Below, in pieces: positions 1 to 9,271 of a stretch of 27,386 nt of DNA. Within the stretch, counting starts at the first letter, position 1. Each line of letters begins with the position of its first letter. This stretch comes from Mollicutes bacterium (GTDB taxonomy: Bacteria > Bacillota_I > Bacilli_A > RF39 > UBA660): assembly GCA_003566505.1 (NCBI GenBank), contig PXDA01000034.1:1-27386 (forward strand), written 5' to 3'. Position numbers and translations under genes: made by a program. The notes under the pieces were generated by a model. That model had not been told where the DNA came from and made no database searches. It worked only from the letters and a program-made list of their open reading frames with translations.

Positions 1-452
1 AAATCTTTGGGCAATTGTTTTCGTTCCTTTAAACGACAAACATAAGTTTCCGGATAATCTAACTGATATTGGTCACAAATTTGATAAAAATTGTCTTTAT
101 TTTCTAATTTTTCATGCAATTCCCAGCCAATATATGGTACAACAAAATATTTTTGTAATTTCTCTTTATATTTAGCAATTAATTCTGTATAACGATCACC
201 ACATGAAACTAAAATTAATTTTTCGTATTTTTTTTGATATAATTCACCAATTTTTAAAATTTCTGATAAAAACACTTCATCACTATCAAAATTAGCAAAA
301 ACTTGCACATCAACAATACGACTATAACGTGTTGGATACATCCGCTTTTTGCCCAAAGCTAATGGTTTCACACCATAAGCCTGATGAAATGACTTCGCCA
401 TACTGTAAGCATTTTTATCAGTTCCTAGGATTATTGGCTTAAATTTTTTCAT
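1..452 (-). CDS. D-aspartate ligase-like ATP-grasp protein (Aslfm/YxbA family), 3' end runs off the window
   Basis: Not in the ORF track. Manual translation from ATG at 452 (SD GGGTGA upstream) gives MKKFKPIILGTDKNAYSMAKSFHQAYGVKP...PTRYSRIV...LILVSCGDRYTELI...NKDNFYQICDQYQLDYPET, open to the edge. This matches the recalled Enterococcus Aslfm N-terminus (ILLGSDMNVYGMARSF..AYG, PTRYSKIV, ACGDGY, NKVSFYEVC..YDLPYPKT). Confidence 0.82.
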   Translation of the reverse strand, partial: MKKFKPIILGTDKNAYSMAKSFHQAYGVKPLALGKKRMYPTRYSRIVDVQVFANFDSDEVFLSEILKIGELYQKKYEKLILVSCGDRYTELIAKYKEKLQKYFVVPYIGWELHEKLENKDNFYQICDQYQLDYPETYVCRLKERKQLPKD

Positions 453-463
453 TGTATCACCCT

Positions 464-1216
464 TTAAACAGCATTTTCTGTTTTCTGACTGTAATAATCT
501 AAATATTTCATAATTTTTTGTCGCACTAAATTAAAATCAAAGTTATATGGTTTATTATATTTATTCATAATTATTTCCAAATATTTAGTATTTTTCAAAT
601 AATCAAAACTAAAATGAAAATTTAAATCATAAACAAAAGCTAAAAATAATAATAACTGATCAGCCAAAGTTTTCATATCACGATAATCAATCGGTTTTTC
701 AGCTATAAAATTTTGCCAAACAAGCGGCGAAACTTCAAAGCCCGCTTTCCAAAAAACAATTTCATCATTGGCCGTTAAATAAAAAATATCCAATTTATCA
801 GCATCACGAATTATTTTTGCAAATAACCGCTCTCTTTTATTATAATTTGCCGCTATATTTTTTTTATTATGATTAGCAATCGCCTTCGCGATAACCGCAA
901 AATTATTTTCCTTATTATAAAATTGATAAATTAAATTTTCATCAAATAAAAGGTAGACACCAAAATCAGCATGATCCATATATTTGTCATCGGTGCTATC
1001 ATAATCTTCCACTTGTTGGAATCTACCAATATCATGCAAAAGACCAATAACGTAGGCTAACTCTTGATCTTCTTCTGATAATTGTAATGATACAGCAATT
1101 TTTTCTGCTAACTCAGCTACCCGATAAGCATGATGATATTTCAAATCAATCATCGGTATTTGTTGATCATATTTTTTCACATAAGCCGCAAAAGTTTCAT
1201 TTAAATGTTTTCTCAT
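464..1216 (-). CDS. HD-domain metal-dependent phosphohydrolase
   Basis: Motifs KYHHAYRV, LLHDIGRF, MDHADFG, IANHN, IRDADKLD. Start moved from 1288 to ATG 1216 (GGTGA SD) to avoid overlap with the upstream gene. Confidence 0.85.
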   Translation of the reverse strand: MRKHLNETFAAYVKKYDQQIPMIDLKYHHAYRVAELAEKIAVSLQLSEEDQELAYVIGLLHDIGRFQQVEDYDSTDDKYMDHADFGVYLLFDENLIYQFYNKENNFAVIAKAIANHNKKNIAANYNKRERLFAKIIRDADKLDIFYLTANDEIVFWKAGFEVSPLVWQNFIAEKPIDYRDMKTLADQLLLFLAFVYDLNFHFSFDYLKNTKYLEIIMNKYNKPYNFDFNLVRQKIMKYLDYYSQKTENAV

Positions 1217-1232
1217 AACTTTCACCAATTTT

Positions 1233-1868
1233 TTAATACCCTTTTTGTTTTTGCACTTTTTCTTCATCAAAAGCATGATGCGGACCAATTTGTTTTAATG
1301 ATTCATTATCCAAAAAACAAAAAGCCATGGCATCTAAACCTTGATCACGATTAAATATTCCATACGTAATATCAACCTGTCCTTTTTCTTCATCAAGTGT
1401 TACCACATTCCAAGTATGTTGTAAATAAATTCCTTTTTCTTCATTAATTAACTTAGTCGCCCCCGTTATTTTTTCGCAATCAATTTGTAACTTGACACAT
1501 AAATCATTAAAAGCACTCGCAATGCCAGCACAAGATCCTTTACCAAGTAAAATAGGAGCATATTTTTCTTGAGACCCTATCCCCCATTTATTCCAATAAG
1601 GATGCGAAACAGGATTAACATAACCATTTTCATTAACATGATCTAAAACTTCATAATCATAACTAATATTATTGATAAAATATTGATATAACCAACGCAA
1701 TTTTTGCAAAGGCGAAAAATCTTCATTAATTAACCCACTAATATCTTCTAATTTTTTTTCATATTCTTTTTCCCGCGTAAGATAAAAGGCTTCACTTTCA
1801 GCAAAAAACTCTTCTTCAGTAGTTGCTTCACCCTTACTATTATAGTATTGTGTTATTTCAATATCCAT
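1233..1868 (-). CDS. Transglutaminase-like (Cys-His-Asp) domain protein
   Basis: GKGSCAGIASAF, QHTWNVV and QVDITY match the papain-like transglutaminase core triad. No signal peptide is visible. Confidence 0.72.
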   Translation of the reverse strand: MDIEITQYYNSKGEATTEEEFFAESEAFYLTREKEYEKKLEDISGLINEDFSPLQKLRWLYQYFINNISYDYEVLDHVNENGYVNPVSHPYWNKWGIGSQEKYAPILLGKGSCAGIASAFNDLCVKLQIDCEKITGATKLINEEKGIYLQHTWNVVTLDEEKGQVDITYGIFNRDQGLDAMAFCFLDNESLKQIGPHHAFDEEKVQKQKGY

Positions 1869-1917
1869 TTTCTCACCGCTTTTATTTTAACATAATTTCT
1901 ATAAAAAAAGGAGTATT

Positions 1918-2907
1918 TTATATTGCAATACCCATTTTTTCTTTAATAAAATCTAATTTTTTTTGCGCCCTTGCCTCAGCCGCCTTAGCTCCTTCATGTA
2001 AAATTGTTATTAATTCTTCACTTTCACGATATTTTTGATATTTTGCTTGAAAATTTAACAAAAATTTTTCCACTTCATCAGCGACTTTTTCTTTAAAAAC
2101 ACCATAATTACAATCACCAAATTCTTTTTCAACTTCTTTAATAGAGCAATCACGTAAAGTAGCCAAAATAGTTATTAAATTACTAATGCCTGGTTTATTT
2201 TTTTCATCATATTTTACTTTATTATCACTATCAGTAACCGCTGACATTATTTTTTTACGCGTTGTTTTAACATCATCTAAAACAAAAATAGTTCCCTTAT
2301 CATCAAGCGGAGCTGATTTACTCATTTTTTCAGTTGGATTTTGCAAATCCATAATTCGATGCCCGTTTTCAGGAATATAATATTCTGGCAGTTTAAATAT
2401 TTCACCATACCTTTTATTTAAGCGTTCACCTAAATCACGAGTAATTTCAATATGCTGTTTTTGATCCGAACCAACTGGAACAACCTCAGCATCATATAAT
2501 AAAATATCAGCCGCCATTAAAGTTGGATAAATAAAAAGTCCTAAATCAACGCTATTGCCCGCTTTTGCTTTTTTTGATTTATACTGTGTCATGCGTGATA
2601 GTTCGCCAACACGACATTGAAAAGCTACCAAAAAACCTAAAACACTATGTTCGTTAACGCTACTTTGCACAAAAAACTTTGTATGTTTTGGATCCACACC
2701 ACATGCTAAATAAATAGCCGCTAAATCTAAAATAATTTTATTAATTTTTTTTGGTTCTTGATAAGTTGTCAAGCCATGCAAATCAGCAATAAAAATAAAA
2801 GAATCATGCTGCTCTTGCAGACTAACAAAATTTTTAATCGCACCTATGTAATTTCCCAACGTAAAATTACCGGTTGGTTGCACCCCTGTTATCATTGTTT
2901 TTTTCAT
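1918..2907 (-). CDS. trpS: Tryptophan--tRNA ligase
   Basis: TGVQPTG..TLGNYIG, YPTLMAADILLY, VPVGSDQKQHIE and KMSKS motifs; Trp T-box upstream. Confidence 0.98.
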   Translation of the reverse strand: MKKTMITGVQPTGNFTLGNYIGAIKNFVSLQEQHDSFIFIADLHGLTTYQEPKKINKIILDLAAIYLACGVDPKHTKFFVQSSVNEHSVLGFLVAFQCRVGELSRMTQYKSKKAKAGNSVDLGLFIYPTLMAADILLYDAEVVPVGSDQKQHIEITRDLGERLNKRYGEIFKLPEYYIPENGHRIMDLQNPTEKMSKSAPLDDKGTIFVLDDVKTTRKKIMSAVTDSDNKVKYDEKNKPGISNLITILATLRDCSIKEVEKEFGDCNYGVFKEKVADEVEKFLLNFQAKYQKYRESEELITILHEGAKAAEARAQKKLDFIKEKMGIAI

Positions 2908-2919
2908 TTTCTTCCTCCT

Positions 2920-3130
2920 TAATAAAAAAATGCCCCAAATAGGACAAAAGACTTGTTATACCACCTAAAAAAGTAAGATATCTCCTAATAACGATGGGAA
3001 ACCGTCCTTTCCTACTTGTTTCAAAAAGGCTCTCCTTAGTCCATTCAACTATTTTTTGGTTACAATTTCACACCAACCAATTGCTCTCTTTAACCTTTCA
3101 TAGCATACTATTCTAAATCAACGATTTTTA
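2920..3130 (-). promoter_or_regulatory. T-box riboswitch (Trp)
   Basis: Minus strand: stem I AGAGAG and GGTTGGTGTGAA motifs; specifier GAA-TGG-A (TGG at 3041-3043); antiterminator TAGG-TGGTATA-ACAAG/TTTGT-CCTA; terminator TGTCCT-ATTT-GGGGCA followed by a T-run. Confidence 0.9.
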
Positions 3131-3132
3131 TT

Positions 3133-3161
3133 AATATATCGTATTTAACCCCAAATGTCAA
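3133..3161 (-). promoter_or_regulatory. Sigma-A promoter of the trpS leader
   Basis: TTGACA (3161-3156), 17 bp spacer, TATATT (3138-3133), directly upstream of T-box stem I. Confidence 0.75.
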
Positions 3162-4567
3162 ACATTGCTCTTATGCATTAATTCGACAAAAACTTTCACA
3201 ATATATGGATCAAATTGTTTGCCTGCTTCTCTTTTTAATTCTGATACTGCCTCTTTTTTTGTTCGCTTGGCTTTATAAACTCTACGCGCTGTCATTGCCT
3301 CATAAGCATCTGCTACTGCAATAATACGAGCGGGCAGGGGGATATTCTTTCCTTTCAAGCCATGTGGATAACCTTTACCATCCCATCTCTCATGGTGATA
3401 GAGCACATATTCCGCTAAAGCAACATACTCATCAGCCGATTTTAATATTTGGTAACCTATTTCCGGGTGACGATAAATTAATGCATATTCTTTATCACTT
3501 AGCTTCTTCTTTTTTACTAAATCTTCAGGAAAAATAATTTTACCAATATCATGCAAAATAGCAGCAGTTTTTAGTTCCTCTTTTTCCCTTTTGTTAAGTT
3601 GCAAATATGAAGCTATCATTTCACAAAACTTTGTTACTCTTTCATTGTGAATTTGTTCTTGCTTATATTTACCATTAACACTCGTTATAATATCATCAAT
3701 CATATTTTTACGTATCGTTTTAGTAGTCCTAATTTTATTTTTATACATTTTACTATCAGCAATTGCTTTTATTTCATTCATATTTTCTTTTTCATTATTT
3801 TTAATAGCATAACCAATCGCCAGTGAAATTTTAATCACACCATCAATCTTTTTTAAACTTGTTTTAGTTATTTTTTCTTGCAAATACGCCATTTCTTGTT
3901 CGTCAGTTTTTGGAACAATAAGCGCAAACTCATCACCACCGGTACGGCAAATAATAATTTTTTTGACACAAATATTACGCAAAATTTGTGCTACTTGTTT
4001 TAATAATTCATCGCCTTTATCATGCCCAAAAATATCATTTGTTAATTTCAAACCATTAACATCTAAAAACATAATACCTAATGGTAAATTAGCTTTATTA
4101 TCTAATTGAGCAATTATTTTTTCCATATAACGACGATTATATAATGATGTTAGATAATCACAATAACTTAAACTTTCAATTTCTTTTAATTTTGTTCTTT
4201 TTTCCATAGCATCACGAAAAGCAACCACAATTCCTTTTATTTTTTTATTTTTATCACGAATAAAGTTTATCGTTTGCTCAATCGGAATTTCATCATTATT
4301 TTTTATTTTTAAAACTGTTTCGGTTTCACGATCAATAATACTTTTTTTTGATTTTGGTTTTTCTAATTTTACCAAAAAATTACAAAGATTATTATCAGCG
4401 GCATTATAAACTTTATCAATCTTTTCACCTACTGCATCAGAGTATTTCCAACCAGTTAATTTTTCAGCTTGCGGATTTATGGCTATTATTGTGCCTTTTT
4501 CATCAGTTGCTATTATTCCTTCACCAACTGAGTCCAGTGTTGCCTCTAATATTTTGTCTTCCATCAT
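3158..4567 (-). CDS. PAS - GGDEF - HD-GYP c-di-GMP turnover protein
   Basis: N-terminal PAS-like segment (GEGIIATD..G.I..IN..AE.LTGW); DVNGLKLTNDIFGHDKGD and intact GGDEF; LHDIGK and HHERWDGKGYP. Confidence 0.93.
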   Translation of the reverse strand: MMEDKILEATLDSVGEGIIATDEKGTIIAINPQAEKLTGWKYSDAVGEKIDKVYNAADNNLCNFLVKLEKPKSKKSIIDRETETVLKIKNNDEIPIEQTINFIRDKNKKIKGIVVAFRDAMEKRTKLKEIESLSYCDYLTSLYNRRYMEKIIAQLDNKANLPLGIMFLDVNGLKLTNDIFGHDKGDELLKQVAQILRNICVKKIIICRTGGDEFALIVPKTDEQEMAYLQEKITKTSLKKIDGVIKISLAIGYAIKNNEKENMNEIKAIADSKMYKNKIRTTKTIRKNMIDDIITSVNGKYKQEQIHNERVTKFCEMIASYLQLNKREKEELKTAAILHDIGKIIFPEDLVKKKKLSDKEYALIYRHPEIGYQILKSADEYVALAEYVLYHHERWDGKGYPHGLKGKNIPLPARIIAVADAYEAMTARRVYKAKRTKKEAVSELKREAGKQFDPYIVKVFVELMHKSNV

Positions 4568-4614
4568 CTATTTCTACCTTTCTTATTTTTTTATTGGTAC
4601 TCAAATTATATCAC

Positions 4615-4644
4615 AAAAAAAAATAAGCACCAATTTGGTGCTTA
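4615..4644 (-). terminator. Intrinsic terminator of hsp20
   Basis: Perfect inverted repeat TAAGCACCA-att-TGGTGCTTA followed by a T9 run on the minus strand. Confidence 0.75.
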
Positions 4645-5034
4645 CTCAATCGGAATTAATCTTGTTTTTGTTTCAACCTCTTCTTTTGGAAAAGTTAATT
4701 GCAATGTGCCATCTTCAAATTTCGCTTTGATTTTATTTTCATCAAGATCTCCAACATAGTAACTTCTCGTTAGTTCACCATAAAATCTTTCTCTCTTAAT
4801 ATAATTTGCCTTCTTATCTTCATCCTCATCAGCTTTTTTAGCCGTAATTGTAACATAACCACTATCATAATCTACTTGCACTTCATCTTTTTTAAAACCA
4901 GGCACATCGACTTCAATGACATAATTACCATCTTTTTCATAAATATCTGAGCGCATTGTCATATTGTGTTTTTTCCTCTCGAAGAGGTCGTCAAACAAAC
5001 TACCAAAAAAAGGATCACGTGTCATTAAATCCAT
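4642..5034 (-). CDS. Small heat-shock protein (Hsp20/alpha-crystallin family)
   Basis: MRSDIYEKDGNYVIEVDVPGFKKDEV, YIKRERFYG, IKAKFEDGTLQLTFPK; SD GGAGGTGA. Confidence 0.95.
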   Translation of the reverse strand: MDLMTRDPFFGSLFDDLFERKKHNMTMRSDIYEKDGNYVIEVDVPGFKKDEVQVDYDSGYVTITAKKADEDEDKKANYIKRERFYGELTRSYYVGDLDENKIKAKFEDGTLQLTFPKEEVETKTRLIPIE

Positions 5035-5055
5035 ATTATCACCTCCGTCATTTTA

Positions 5056-5097
5056 ATAGTAACAAAACCTTTAGCACTTGTCAAGTCCGAGTGCTAT
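5056..5097 (-). promoter_or_regulatory. CIRCE (HrcA operator) overlapping the hsp20 sigma-A promoter
   Basis: TTAGCACTT-N9-GAGTGCTAT at 5071-5097 versus consensus TTAGCACTC-N9-GAGTGCTAA. It overlaps a minus-strand TTGACA (5084-5079), 17 bp, TACTAT (5061-5056) promoter. Confidence 0.85.
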
Positions 5098-5788
5098 TTT
5101 TTTTATATTTTTGCTCATATAATTTTTTTGCTAAATCCTTTTCATATTTAGTTAATTGACCAGACTCTAGTCTTATATTTTTCTTTTTCAATTCCTTTAC
5201 AAAACCGGTATGCATTTTTTCCAACAGCAAAGACATATTTATTTTTTGTTTTAAAACTTTATTCAAAGCATTTATATGTGGATTTTCATTATCAATAATA
5301 AGCGTTCCCTGCTGTAAAACAACTCCGTGTTTATTTGTTTGTGCATTACCAGAAATTTTCTTGCCATCCACCTCAATATCATATGGATTTTCATTTAAAT
5401 AACAATCATTAGCTTTTTTTTGATAATCTTTATTGCTATATTGAGCGGTTACTCCTAATTCTTTTAATCCTGCCAATAACATATCACCAATATAATAATA
5501 ATTTCGATCTATATCAAATAATTCACCTTTTTGCGCCATTACTACCATATAAGTAAAATCATTATTATGAAATACTGCTGAACCACCTGTTAAACGTCGC
5601 ACGCAAGCTGCAAATTTTTTTTCATAGTTTTGATGACAACCGATAGTAGTTATCGGTGTTTGAAAAGCATAAAAACGAACCGTATCAGGCACCCTGCCCT
5701 CAATACGAGCAATCATTATTGCTTCATCAATCGCCATTTGCATAGCACCATCAGCTGTCATAAAATTAATAAATCGCCATTTATTCAT
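5081..5788 (-). CDS. Lipoate-protein ligase family catalytic domain (LipM/LplA-like octanoyl/lipoyl transferase)
   Basis: QMAIDEAI, RRLTGGSAVFH, GKKISGNAQ (catalytic Lys), VLQQGTL; no C-terminal LplA accessory domain. Start at ATG 5788 overlaps the lipA stop. Confidence 0.88.
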   Translation of the reverse strand: MNKWRFINFMTADGAMQMAIDEAIMIARIEGRVPDTVRFYAFQTPITTIGCHQNYEKKFAACVRRLTGGSAVFHNNDFTYMVVMAQKGELFDIDRNYYYIGDMLLAGLKELGVTAQYSNKDYQKKANDCYLNENPYDIEVDGKKISGNAQTNKHGVVLQQGTLIIDNENPHINALNKVLKQKINMSLLLEKMHTGFVKELKKKNIRLESGQLTKYEKDLAKKLYEQKYKKNSTRT

Positions 5789-6599
5789 GATAATAACCAT
5801 CCCTTGCACGATATGAACTACGTACCAACGGACCCGCTGCTACATATTGAAAACCCATTTGATAAGCCATTTCTTTAATTTCGGCAAATAATTCTTCACT
5901 ATAATATTTTTGCACTGGTGCTTTTTTATCACTAGGCGGAAGATATTGACCAATCGTTATTATATCAACGCCTACAGCACGCAAATCTTGTAATGTCATT
6001 TTAATATCAGTCATATCTTCCCCAAAACCAACCATTAAACCTGATTTTTTCTTAACCTTATTTACTTTTTGCAATAACATTAAAGAACGATCATAATTTC
6101 CTTGCGGACGCAATTTTGGAAAATAATTACGTACTACCTCAATATTATGATTTAAAACATCGGGTTTTGCTCTTAATATTTTCGCCAATGCCTCCCAATT
6201 ACCATTTAAATCTGATATTAATACTTCTATTTTCACATGGGGATTTTTTCTTCGAATTGCTTCCATTACGGATACTATATACTCAGCACCACCATCTATT
6301 AAATCATCACGTGTCACTTGTGTTAAAACAACATAATTTAACTGTAAATCAGCAATTGTTTGCAAAATTTTTACAATCTCACTTTCATCAACCATTCCTG
6401 GTATTCCGCTTGTTACATTACAGTAATGACAATTACGGGTACAAATATTTCCCAACAACAAAAAAGTTGCTGTCTTGGCAGCAAAGCATTCGTAACGATT
6501 GGGACAATTAGCTGCTTGGCAAATAGTATTTACATGATGTATTTTTTGATAATTTTTTAAATATGCCAAGCGATTAAATTCATTCAACTTAATATTCAT
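5781..6599 (-). CDS. lipA: Lipoyl synthase (radical SAM)
   Basis: Auxiliary cluster motif CQAANCPNRYEC (Cx4Cx5C), radical SAM motif CTRNCHYC, NHNIE and C-terminal VRSSY. Confidence 0.93.
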   Translation of the reverse strand: MNIKLNEFNRLAYLKNYQKIHHVNTICQAANCPNRYECFAAKTATFLLLGNICTRNCHYCNVTSGIPGMVDESEIVKILQTIADLQLNYVVLTQVTRDDLIDGGAEYIVSVMEAIRRKNPHVKIEVLISDLNGNWEALAKILRAKPDVLNHNIEVVRNYFPKLRPQGNYDRSLMLLQKVNKVKKKSGLMVGFGEDMTDIKMTLQDLRAVGVDIITIGQYLPPSDKKAPVQKYYSEELFAEIKEMAYQMGFQYVAAGPLVRSSYRARDGYYHE

Positions 6600-6609
6600 T
6601 TGACACCAA

Positions 6610-7926
6610 CTAATTATTTTTTAAAAAGGTTACTTTTTTTTCAGCAATAATAGCAGCAACACTTAAAGGTTCAAAAACGGAAACCGTTGCCGGATTATAA
6701 CAAGTTTCTAATTTTGACAGTTCATTGACTGTCATTTTTTGTTTTATCGCTAAAGACAATAAATCTAATCGTCCTACTATTTCACCATGCGCAATTATTT
6801 GACCACCCAAAATAACACCTTCACGATCAAAAATTAATTTTATAATTATTTTTTCTTTTTCACTATAGTATTTAGCTCGTAAATTATCACGATATTTAAC
6901 ACTTAATACTTCTAAACCCATTGCTTGGGCACGGTTTTCAGTCAGGCCTACAGAACCAACATAAATATCACCCATTTTAGAAACAGTATTATTAACAACT
7001 GCTTCGCCTGCTTGAGTAAATCCACAAATATTTGCTGCCAACATCCGCGCTTGTAAAACAGCTAGCGAACCTAATTGACTAACAATTTTTGCATCACTAT
7101 TAAATTCTTTTTGCTCAATGCAATCACCAATAGCATAAATATTTTCACGAGAAGTTTGAAAAAATTCATCAACAACAATTCCCTTATTAACTTTTAATGA
7201 CAATTTTTGAGCAATTTCAGCATTAACTCGAAATCCTGTACAAACAAACAGCTTATCAAAAATTACTTCTTTATTTTCTAAAATAACACGATTATCTTTA
7301 ATTTCTTTTATGTGAGCCACTACTTCAACATTTAATTCTTTAAAAAAATCTAATAACTCTTGGGCGATGTCTTTATCAAGCATATTAGTTAGAATATTTT
7401 GTTCCTTTTCAATTAATGTTACTTCCTCACCTTTTTCTTTTAATGCACAAGCAAGTTCCATGCCAATCATACCAGCACCAATAATAACTGATTTACTATC
7501 TTCATTAATATTTGCTTTAATCTTTTTAACATCATCAATTGTTTTCAATTGATAATAATCATGCTCTGAAAGTCCTTTTATTTTCGGTATAAAAGATACA
7601 CCACCAGTAGCAATAATTAATTTGTCATATTCAATTTCCTTTTCTTGATCATTGTTTTTATAAAAAACTTTACTGGCATTAACATCATATACTTCACTAT
7701 TTAATAAAATTTTTATATTATTCTTTTCGTAATCTTCCTTTTGATAAATAAAAACCTTCTCCACAGATGGAATTTCATCATTAATTAAATAAGGTAGGGC
7801 GCATGGCGAATAATCATAATAACTACTTTTCTCAATTATTATGATTTCCATTTCTTTATCTAATTTACGTAATTCAAAAGCACAACTTGTGCCAGCGCTG
7901 CCACCACCAATTATAACAACCCGCAT
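6610..7926 (-). CDS. FAD-dependent pyridine nucleotide-disulfide oxidoreductase (CoA-disulfide reductase / NADH oxidase family)
   Basis: FAD motif IIGGGSAG, single redox Cys in YSPCALPY, NAD motif IIGAGMIGMELA, YAIGDC, and a C-terminal dimerisation domain (LGGQI..., ETCYNP). Confidence 0.9.
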   Translation of the reverse strand: MRVVIIGGGSAGTSCAFELRKLDKEMEIIIIEKSSYYDYSPCALPYLINDEIPSVEKVFIYQKEDYEKNNIKILLNSEVYDVNASKVFYKNNDQEKEIEYDKLIIATGGVSFIPKIKGLSEHDYYQLKTIDDVKKIKANINEDSKSVIIGAGMIGMELACALKEKGEEVTLIEKEQNILTNMLDKDIAQELLDFFKELNVEVVAHIKEIKDNRVILENKEVIFDKLFVCTGFRVNAEIAQKLSLKVNKGIVVDEFFQTSRENIYAIGDCIEQKEFNSDAKIVSQLGSLAVLQARMLAANICGFTQAGEAVVNNTVSKMGDIYVGSVGLTENRAQAMGLEVLSVKYRDNLRAKYYSEKEKIIIKLIFDREGVILGGQIIAHGEIVGRLDLLSLAIKQKMTVNELSKLETCYNPATVSVFEPLSVAAIIAEKKVTFLKNN

Positions 7927-7935
7927 AAAAACCTC

Positions 7936-8331
7936 CTATAAAGACAGTTTTTCTTGATAATACGATAATGCTTCTTTGGCTTCCATTAATTCTGTTAAAT
8001 CCTTTTTATCGTTTATTTTTATTTTTACAAGCCAATTATCATACGGAGCCTTATTTAACAAACTTGGTTCATTAAAAACTGCCATATTTACCGCCACTAC
8101 TTCGCCATTTACCGGCGTCGTGATTTCACCTGACCATTTTACGGCTTCTAAATTAACATAAACTGCGCCTTTTTGCAATTGGGCGCCTTCTTGTGGCAAC
8201 ATAGCAAAAATAAATTCTTCAACCTGTTGCGCAGCCGGTGCTATAATCCCTAAAGTTACCACATCTTCTTCTTCCTTAATCCATGAGTAATCTTTACTAT
8301 ACTTTCGATCTTCAGGAAAACTATTATTCAT
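7936..8331 (-). CDS. Glycine cleavage H-protein-like lipoyl carrier
   Basis: FPEDRKYSKDYSWIK, lipoyl-Lys hairpin LEAVKWSGEITTPVNGEV, LNKAPYDNWLVKIK. Start at ATG 8331 with SD AAGGTGA. Confidence 0.88.
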   Translation of the reverse strand: MNNSFPEDRKYSKDYSWIKEEEDVVTLGIIAPAAQQVEEFIFAMLPQEGAQLQKGAVYVNLEAVKWSGEITTPVNGEVVAVNMAVFNEPSLLNKAPYDNWLVKIKINDKKDLTELMEAKEALSYYQEKLSL

Positions 8332-9253
8332 TTTTATCACCTTCTCCAAATCCAATCTTTTTTTCATATATTTCCGCAATTATTAACGAAACAACAATAA
8401 TACTACCAAACAAAATAATGGTTTGTGTTATATTATTTAACACTTTTAAATCCAAAAATAAAATTATCGCCAAAGCAACCATAATTAAGCCACCAACTAA
8501 TTTTAAAATGCGCCCTTGTTTTTCCTCAAATTTATTAATTTTTAAAGTAAATACAACTACCAAAAATATCGTTATTTCTACTAAAAAATATGTCAAAATA
8601 TAAACAACAAATAATAGATTAAAAAAGGAACTCGACACTTCATAACTTGCAACAATCCCGGTCCATGTTGCCGGCAGACCAGCAGTACAAGGAAGTTCTA
8701 CTAGGGTAATTCCTAAAGCCATCATGGCCGAACCAATTACTAATCCTTTAAAACTATTATTAGGATTTAACAAATTACGAACTCTTTGGTATAACTTTGG
8801 TTTATAAGAATCGGAAATAGTTAACGATACCCCTTTTTTATACCAAAAGAAATCTTTAACATTAACAAGTCCAAAAATTAACGCAATTGAAGCAACTACA
8901 ACTGTAATAATGCGTAAGTGTTCAACATAATCAACCACCCTAATCATTGTCAGAATAAAAGCTCCATAAGCAGAAGCAGCCACTAATAAATAAGTAAAAC
9001 CAATAATAATAATTTTTTTGCGATCTTTTGTAAGCGCAACAATACCAAGTAAAAATGCTAAAACCCAAAGTGAACAAGGATTAAGACCATCAACAAAAGC
9101 AATTAAAAACGTTGAAAAAATAAGCGGCATTTCATCCAAGGAAATTACTCTGCCAAAAAGTGTAATCTCTTCACTAGCAATATCAATCGGCAAGAAAAAA
9201 AGACTAATAATAAGACCTAATATCGCCAATTTTATTATCATCGATTTTGACAT
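8324..9253 (-). CDS. CcdA/DsbD-like transmembrane disulfide electron transporter
   Basis: About 7-8 hydrophobic segments, with two intramembrane Cys in DGLNPCSLWVL and VELPCTAGLP. Confidence 0.75.
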   Translation of the reverse strand: MSKSMIIKLAILGLIISLFFLPIDIASEEITLFGRVISLDEMPLIFSTFLIAFVDGLNPCSLWVLAFLLGIVALTKDRKKIIIIGFTYLLVAASAYGAFILTMIRVVDYVEHLRIITVVVASIALIFGLVNVKDFFWYKKGVSLTISDSYKPKLYQRVRNLLNPNNSFKGLVIGSAMMALGITLVELPCTAGLPATWTGIVASYEVSSSFFNLLFVVYILTYFLVEITIFLVVVFTLKINKFEEKQGRILKLVGGLIMVALAIILFLDLKVLNNITQTIILFGSIIVVSLIIAEIYEKKIGFGEGDKNE

Positions 9254-9271
9254 TTATAACCCTCCTTTTGA

